Below are positions 59,111 through 64,000 of a stretch of DNA of 64,000 bases, in pieces. Position 1 is the stretch's first letter. Every line of letters begins with the position of its first letter. The stretch is from Longimicrobiales bacterium. GTDB taxonomy: Bacteria > Gemmatimonadota > Gemmatimonadetes > Longimicrobiales > Gaopeijiaceae. A program made the position numbers and the translations under genes. The stretch spans positions 4,416,001 through 4,480,000 of the forward strand of contig OZ250165.1 in assembly GCA_965238005.1 (NCBI GenBank), in the 5' to 3' direction. The notes beneath the pieces were generated by a model. That model ran no database searches and was not told where the DNA came from. It saw only the letters and a list, made by a program, of their open reading frames with translations.

Positions 59111-59259
59111 AACTTGTTTTGTCAACCGCTAGCTTGGTTATCGCAAATGCGGCTGCTGCCGTCTGTAGACGGCGGTGAGTATGCTCTCATGGTTTTACCT
59201 GCCCCAAGACGCTGAGACAGAACCCCATACCACGACATCAAAGAACGGCACGGGCAACC

Positions 59260-59304
59260 TACGAAAAACGGGTGTCACCCCTATGACACCCGTTTCTTTT
59301 TCGT
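59260..59304. terminator. Bidirectional terminator-like hairpin
   Basis: AAAAACGGGTGTCA-cccta-TGACACCCGTTTCTTTT. Confidence 0.65.
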
Positions 59305-59424
59305 TTCGTCAGCCTCTCAACCCAATCGCGGCTTCCTCCCCCCTCTGGGGGAGGGGGGTTCCGCCTACCGTCCTTATGATCAAGCTACCATGCCCCTACT
59401 CCTTCACCGTCAACCCCTGTTCCC

Positions 59425-59895
59425 ATGAAGCATAGAAGATCCTTCTTGAAAGTGACAGGCGCTCTTTTGGCCGCCTTCGGTGTCGGTACGGCAAGCGCCC
59501 TCGCTTCCGATTCCCCTTCGACGGGCGGCAAACGGGTGGTGGGCACTGTCGTGCGAGACGACGACGACCCGCTGTTCTCGAGCGCCGTAGCCCATGGCAA
59601 CCTGCTCTACCTGGCCGGAAAGGGGGCGCATTTTGAAGGAGACATCAAAGCCCACACCGATCATGTGTTAAGCGAGCTCGAAAAAGAGCTTACAAAACAC
59701 GGATCCTCCATGGAAAAGGTGCTCAAAGTGAACGTGTACCTCCACGACCTGAATGACTACAAGGCCATGAACGAAGTGTATCGGGGCCGGTTTGGGAAGC
59801 ACCCGCCGGTACGCACGACGGTGGCCTGTCACGCGGGCATCCCCGGAAATTCTCTGGTAGAAATCGACTGCATCGCCGCGCTGGACCAACCCTAA
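59425..59895 (+). CDS. RidA/YjgF-family protein with Tat signal
   Basis: HRRSFLK; MNEVY..F...PP.RTT, VEIDCIA. Confidence 0.9.
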   Translation: MKHRRSFLKVTGALLAAFGVGTASALASDSPSTGGKRVVGTVVRDDDDPLFSSAVAHGNLLYLAGKGAHFEGDIKAHTDHVLSELEKELTKHGSSMEKVLKVNVYLHDLNDYKAMNEVYRGRFGKHPPVRTTVACHAGIPGNSLVEIDCIAALDQP

Positions 59896-60021
59896 TTACA
59901 TAGGGATAATTCCTGCGCGTCCTGCTTTTTCAGGGCCATCATGAGTCACGAGTCATTGGTTTGTTTGAGAGATCCTAATGACCCATGACCAGTGACCCAT
60001 GACCCATGACCGATCAAAGCC

Positions 60022-61227
60022 ATGCTGACCCGTAGAAAACTTCTCCAATACCTGCCCAGCCTGCCCTTCGTCGGCGGAGGCTTGGTCTCGGAGGGCGAAG
60101 CTATCGCTCCCTCCTCCCTCCCCTACAGAGACTACTTCAAAGAACTGGGGCTGCGAACCTACATCAACGCGGCAGGAACCTACACCTCCCTCACCGGCTC
60201 GTTGATGCCCAAAGAGGTCACCGAGGCCATTCAGTATGCCGCCCGCGAATACGTACGCCTCGACGATATCCAGGACAAGGTCGGAGAGCGAATCGCTTCC
60301 ATGCTCCAGTGCGAAGCCGCTGCGGTGACGGCCGGGGCGGCGTCGGCCCTGACCCTGGGCACCGCCGGGATTCTGTGCGGGATGGATGAGGAAAAAGCCG
60401 TTCAGCTTCCGGATCTAACCGGGATGAAAACGGAAGTGATCCTGCAGAAGGCCCATCGCATCGGCTACACCCATGCCGTGCGTAATTGCGGCGTGGAGAT
60501 CATCTATGTGGAGACCCGGAAAGAGTTGGAAGACGCCATCAACGAAAACACCGCCCTGCTGTTGTTTATCAACGCGTACAATTTCGACGGCGAGGTCCGG
60601 GATGAGGAATTTGTGGCCATCGGCAAGGCGCACGGGATTCCCACGTTTAACGATTGCGCCGCCGACGTACCCCCGGTCGAGAACCTGTGGAAGCATACGC
60701 AGATGGGCTTCGACCTGGTGACGTTTTCCGGCGGCAAAGGACTGCGAGGACCGCAGAGCGCCGGGCTGCTGTTGGGTCGTAAAGACTTGATTGCGGCGGC
60801 CCGTCTTCATGCGGCGCCCCGAGGCAATACCATTGGCCGGGGGATGAAGGTCAATAAAGAAGAAGTGCTGGGCATGCTGGTGGCGTTGGAACTCTACCTG
60901 GAAAAAGATCACGAAAAAGAATGGAAACTCTGGGAAGCGCAGATTCAACTCATAAGTGATCAGGCCCGCGCCGTAGCGGGCGTGGAGACCGAAATCCACG
61001 TGCCGGAGGTGGCCAACCACGTCCCCTCGCTACGCATTCGCTGGGATCATGATCAAGTGAAAATCACGCCCGATGAAGTACGGGAAACTTTGCGAAACGG
61101 ACACCCTTCCATCGAAACGGTCGGCGGGGCCGAATCGGTAGGCATCACGACCTGGATGATGCGCCCCGCCGAAGAACGGGTGGTGGCCCGACGCCTGCAT
61201 GACATCCTCAGACAAGCGGCGAGGTAG
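60022..61227 (+). CDS. SelA-like/DgaE-like PLP-dependent enzyme with Tat-like N-terminus
   Basis: INAAGT.T.L.GS, DCAA, FSGGK.LRGPQ, IGRGMKV.KEE. Confidence 0.85.
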   Translation: MLTRRKLLQYLPSLPFVGGGLVSEGEAIAPSSLPYRDYFKELGLRTYINAAGTYTSLTGSLMPKEVTEAIQYAAREYVRLDDIQDKVGERIASMLQCEAAAVTAGAASALTLGTAGILCGMDEEKAVQLPDLTGMKTEVILQKAHRIGYTHAVRNCGVEIIYVETRKELEDAINENTALLLFINAYNFDGEVRDEEFVAIGKAHGIPTFNDCAADVPPVENLWKHTQMGFDLVTFSGGKGLRGPQSAGLLLGRKDLIAAARLHAAPRGNTIGRGMKVNKEEVLGMLVALELYLEKDHEKEWKLWEAQIQLISDQARAVAGVETEIHVPEVANHVPSLRIRWDHDQVKITPDEVRETLRNGHPSIETVGGAESVGITTWMMRPAEERVVARRLHDILRQAAR

Positions 61228-61339
61228 TGTTTTAACGAATCGTAGAGACGGTAAGGTTTGCGGGGGCAGGTTCCGGAACGCGTTGGGCGGTCCCTCGGCC
61301 ATTTCCCGGGACAGGTCTATTGAGGGGGCGCTGGCGGGC

Positions 61340-62569
61340 GTGACCCTCTCGCTGATTCTCATCTCACTCAGCCTGGCCTCGCCCGTCCACGCACAATCCC
61401 TGGATCTGTTGATCAAGGGCGGGCACGTCATCGATTCGAAGAACGGCATAAGCGGGGTGATGGACGTAGGGATTGCCGACGGTAGAATCGCAGAGGTGGC
61501 TCGCAACATCGCGGAGGACCGCGCCGCAACGGTCGTCGATGCCTCGGGCCTTTACGTAACCCCTGGCCTGATCGACCCGCATGCCCATGTCTTTTCGGGC
61601 ACGGAGTCCGACGGCGGGCTGAGCAATGGCCGTGAGAGCCTTCCGCCCGATGGCTTCGTCTTCCGCTCGGGTGTGACCACGGTGGTCGACGTGGGAGGAT
61701 CCGGTTGGCGGAATTTCGCGCAGTTCAAAGCGCAAACCATCGATTATGCTAAAACGCGGGTCCTGGCGTTTCTCAACATCGTCGGTTCCGGGATGAAGGG
61801 CGGGCACATCGAGCAGAATAACAACGACATGGACCCGAAGATGACCGCGTTGGTGGCCAAGCAGTACCCGGGCCTCATTGTCGGGGTTAAGCTCGCCCAT
61901 TACGAGGGACGGGAGTGGGAGCCGACGGATCGGGCCGTCGAAGCAGGACGTCTGGCCGATCTGCCCGTGATGATTGACTTCGGCCGCGCTGAACCCGTAC
62001 TCCCGTTGGATGAACTGCTGTTCCAGCATCTGCGGCCAGGCGACATCTTCACGCACACGTACGGCAACGTGGGGCGTCGGATGGCTATCGTGGACGAAGC
62101 AGGGCATGTACGTCCCTTCCTCTTCGAGGCCCAGGAGCGGGGTATCATCTTCGACGTCGGCCACGGTGGCGGCAGTTTCGCCTTCAGCCAGGCCGTGCCG
62201 GCTACCGAGCAGGGCTTCTGGCCTAACTCGATCAGCACCGACCTGCACACCGGCAGCATGAACGGCGGGATGAAGACCCTGGCGAACGTGATGTCGAAAT
62301 TTCTCAATCTGGGCATGTCCATCGAGGACGTGATCCGGAGCACGACCTGGACCCCGGCGCAGTACCTCCATCGGCCCGACCTCGGCAACCTGGACGTGGG
62401 CGTCGTGGCAGATGTCGCTGTCTTCAACCTCCGTACTGGCGACTTCGGATTTTTGGACGCCCGGGACCTCCGAATGCCCGGTACGCAAAAGCTGGAAGCG
62501 GAGCTGACGATTCGGGAGGGGGAGGTGGTGTGGGATCTCAACGGAATTTCCCGGCCGTTGTGGAACTAG
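61340..62569 (+). CDS. Amidohydrolase/deacetylase family metallohydrolase, secreted
   Basis: PGLID.HAH, GVTTVVD, LRPGDIFTH, DVGHGGGSF, ISTD. Confidence 0.88.
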   Translation: MTLSLILISLSLASPVHAQSLDLLIKGGHVIDSKNGISGVMDVGIADGRIAEVARNIAEDRAATVVDASGLYVTPGLIDPHAHVFSGTESDGGLSNGRESLPPDGFVFRSGVTTVVDVGGSGWRNFAQFKAQTIDYAKTRVLAFLNIVGSGMKGGHIEQNNNDMDPKMTALVAKQYPGLIVGVKLAHYEGREWEPTDRAVEAGRLADLPVMIDFGRAEPVLPLDELLFQHLRPGDIFTHTYGNVGRRMAIVDEAGHVRPFLFEAQERGIIFDVGHGGGSFAFSQAVPATEQGFWPNSISTDLHTGSMNGGMKTLANVMSKFLNLGMSIEDVIRSTTWTPAQYLHRPDLGNLDVGVVADVAVFNLRTGDFGFLDARDLRMPGTQKLEAELTIREGEVVWDLNGISRPLWN

Positions 62570-62647
62570 GACGCTGCTTATTGACCTCAGGGGGCGTCGG
62601 ACCTTGAGGTCGGGTTCGCGGGATACACCTTAAACACCATCGAATCC

Positions 62648-63376
62648 ATGAAACGTAGAGACGTCGTGAAAGGTCTGGCTGTGCTCCCCTTTACCGGGGG
62701 CCTGATGGCCTCGGACTCGGTTCGAGCGACTGCGGCCGGAACACATCCCCTGCAGTCGAGTGATGATTAGTTCACCCCACCATGGCCCGGGCCGAGACAA
62801 CAAGGTGGGAAAGGAAGAGATGCTGGGAATGGTTGCCGCGGTTGAGGCGTGGACAACCAGGGATCACGAGGGGGAATGGAACACCTGGCTGACGTGGTTG
62901 GACAATATTTCCAACCGAGTACTTAGGGTTCAAGGAGTTACGACAAGCATTCAACAGCCCGAAGGCCTCAATAATCGAGCTCCCAGGCTGATCATTTCCT
63001 GGGATCCCGACAGATTGAATATTACAGGTGATGAACTGGCCGAAGAAGTGGCCCGAAAGAAGCCGAGGCTGGCGATCGGCAGTGGCCAAGATGATGGCAT
63101 GACCTCGGTCAACATCACACCGAGTCAGATGCAGCTTTTCCGTGCGTGACATGGTGGGCACGATCGAGGGGGATCAGGTGAAGCTCCGTAGCATGGATCG
63201 TCAGGTTGCCGATCGCATTTACGTTCATATTCCACGGTACTCTCAAGGGCGACACCATCTCCGGATCGATCTTCTTGGGAGAGTACATGAATGCCGAATT
63301 CGAGGCTATCCGAAACAGTTATCCCGAGTCTAGGCAGAGGATCTCCGTTCCGGGAGGGCCACCACTGGCCACGTGA
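62648..63376 (+). pseudogene. Second SelA-like PLP enzyme, internally deleted and frameshifted
   Basis: Tat N-terminus MKRRDVVK joined near 62757 to PHHGPGRDNKVGKEEMLGM, missing the PLP core; further frame breaks after 63130. Confidence 0.75.
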
Positions 63377-64000
63377 TGGTCGGCTCTTTCTCAGAATCAG
63401 GTACTCCACGAGTTGTTTGTGAGCCTCCTACGGCTTTTCCGATCTTGATCAAATCGTTCGCACGGCACGGGCTTCTCCTTCTTGCCCTGGTTGGGCTCTC
63501 CCAATGTCAGCGGAGCACGATGCTGCCTCCCGGGGATCCCGACAATGGAGGGCTTTACCTTCCCGAAGGGTTTGAAGCGGTAGTAGTCCTGGATAGCCTG
63601 AAGGGGAGGGCTCGACACTTGGCCGTCAATGAAAACGGAGATGTTTATGTCAAGCTGGCGATGGATGATGGGGGTAGGGGGAATGCCGCGTTGAGGGATA
63701 CGGACAACGACGGGCATGCGGATATCGTTGAGATATTCGGAGAATACAAGAGCTATCGCAGGTATGGGACGGCCATGCGGATTCACGATGATCATCTCTA
63801 CTTCTCTTCCGAATTGGTGGTCTATCGTCAGAGACTAACTCCGGGCAAGCTGGTGCCTGAGAGTGACCTGGAGGAGGTCGTGGTCGACGATCATGAACAC
63901 GGCCCGCACGAACACATTGGCAAACCTGTAGCGTTTGATGAACAAGGGAACCTGTATGTGCCATTTGGCGCTCCATCCAACGCGTGTCAGGATCCGAAAA
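63376..64000 (+). CDS. PQQ-dependent sugar/sorbosone dehydrogenase-like protein (partial)
   Basis: LPEGFEA, ARHLAV..NGDVYV, LRDTD.DG.AD, FD..GNLYV..GAPSNAC; frame open to the window edge. Confidence 0.8.
   Translation, partial: MVGSFSESGTPRVVCEPPTAFPILIKSFARHGLLLLALVGLSQCQRSTMLPPGDPDNGGLYLPEGFEAVVVLDSLKGRARHLAVNENGDVYVKLAMDDGGRGNAALRDTDNDGHADIVEIFGEYKSYRRYGTAMRIHDDHLYFSSELVVYRQRLTPGKLVPESDLEEVVVDDHEHGPHEHIGKPVAFDEQGNLYVPFGAPSNACQDPK

Noticed and set aside
60022..61227. True selA (selenocysteine synthase)
   Set aside because: No selB/selC/selD nearby; Tat-like N-terminus and RidA/amidohydrolase context fit SelA-like lyases

Overview
High-GC bacterial chromosome segment that spans the replication origin. 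The gene repertoire suggests Gemmatimonadota, but this is an unverified inference. 1-26.7 kb is core genome: M14 peptidase, OM barrel, Nif3, bactofilin, M23 peptidase, parB-parA, two parS sites, mnmG-acylphosphatase-mnmE-yidC-yidD-rnpA-rpmH, dnaA-oriC-dnaN, pyrE and a sigma54 two-component pair. 26.7-35.2 kb is decaying accessory DNA: an IS1182-like element, an IS481-like element, a broken ABC transporter, GNAT, DUF3419/BtaA-like, and a molybdopterin oxidoreductase lying between two tRNA-Ser 3' ends. 35.2-37.6 kb is an array of 17 tRNA genes on the minus strand. Between tRNA-fMet and tRNA-Phe lies an unannotated 30-aa Trp-containing leader peptide with complete protector/antiterminator/terminator folding, i.e. 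a candidate ribosome-mediated attenuator controlling tRNA genes. From tRNA-Pro(GGG) at 39.2 kb runs a PICI-like phage satellite (integrase, HTH, primase-helicase, iterons, TerS, no capsid). It carries an IS-split Schlafen/AlbA gene and is followed by a GHKL ATPase-TcmP-DUF5131 module with a long structured leader. Further right are a candidate Ldr/Fst-like small toxin, gene fragments, an orphan TnpB omegaRNA/IS200-IS605 right end, and a Tat-exported RidA/SelA-like PLP/amidohydrolase cluster. All calls were made by eye; no searches or folding programs were run.
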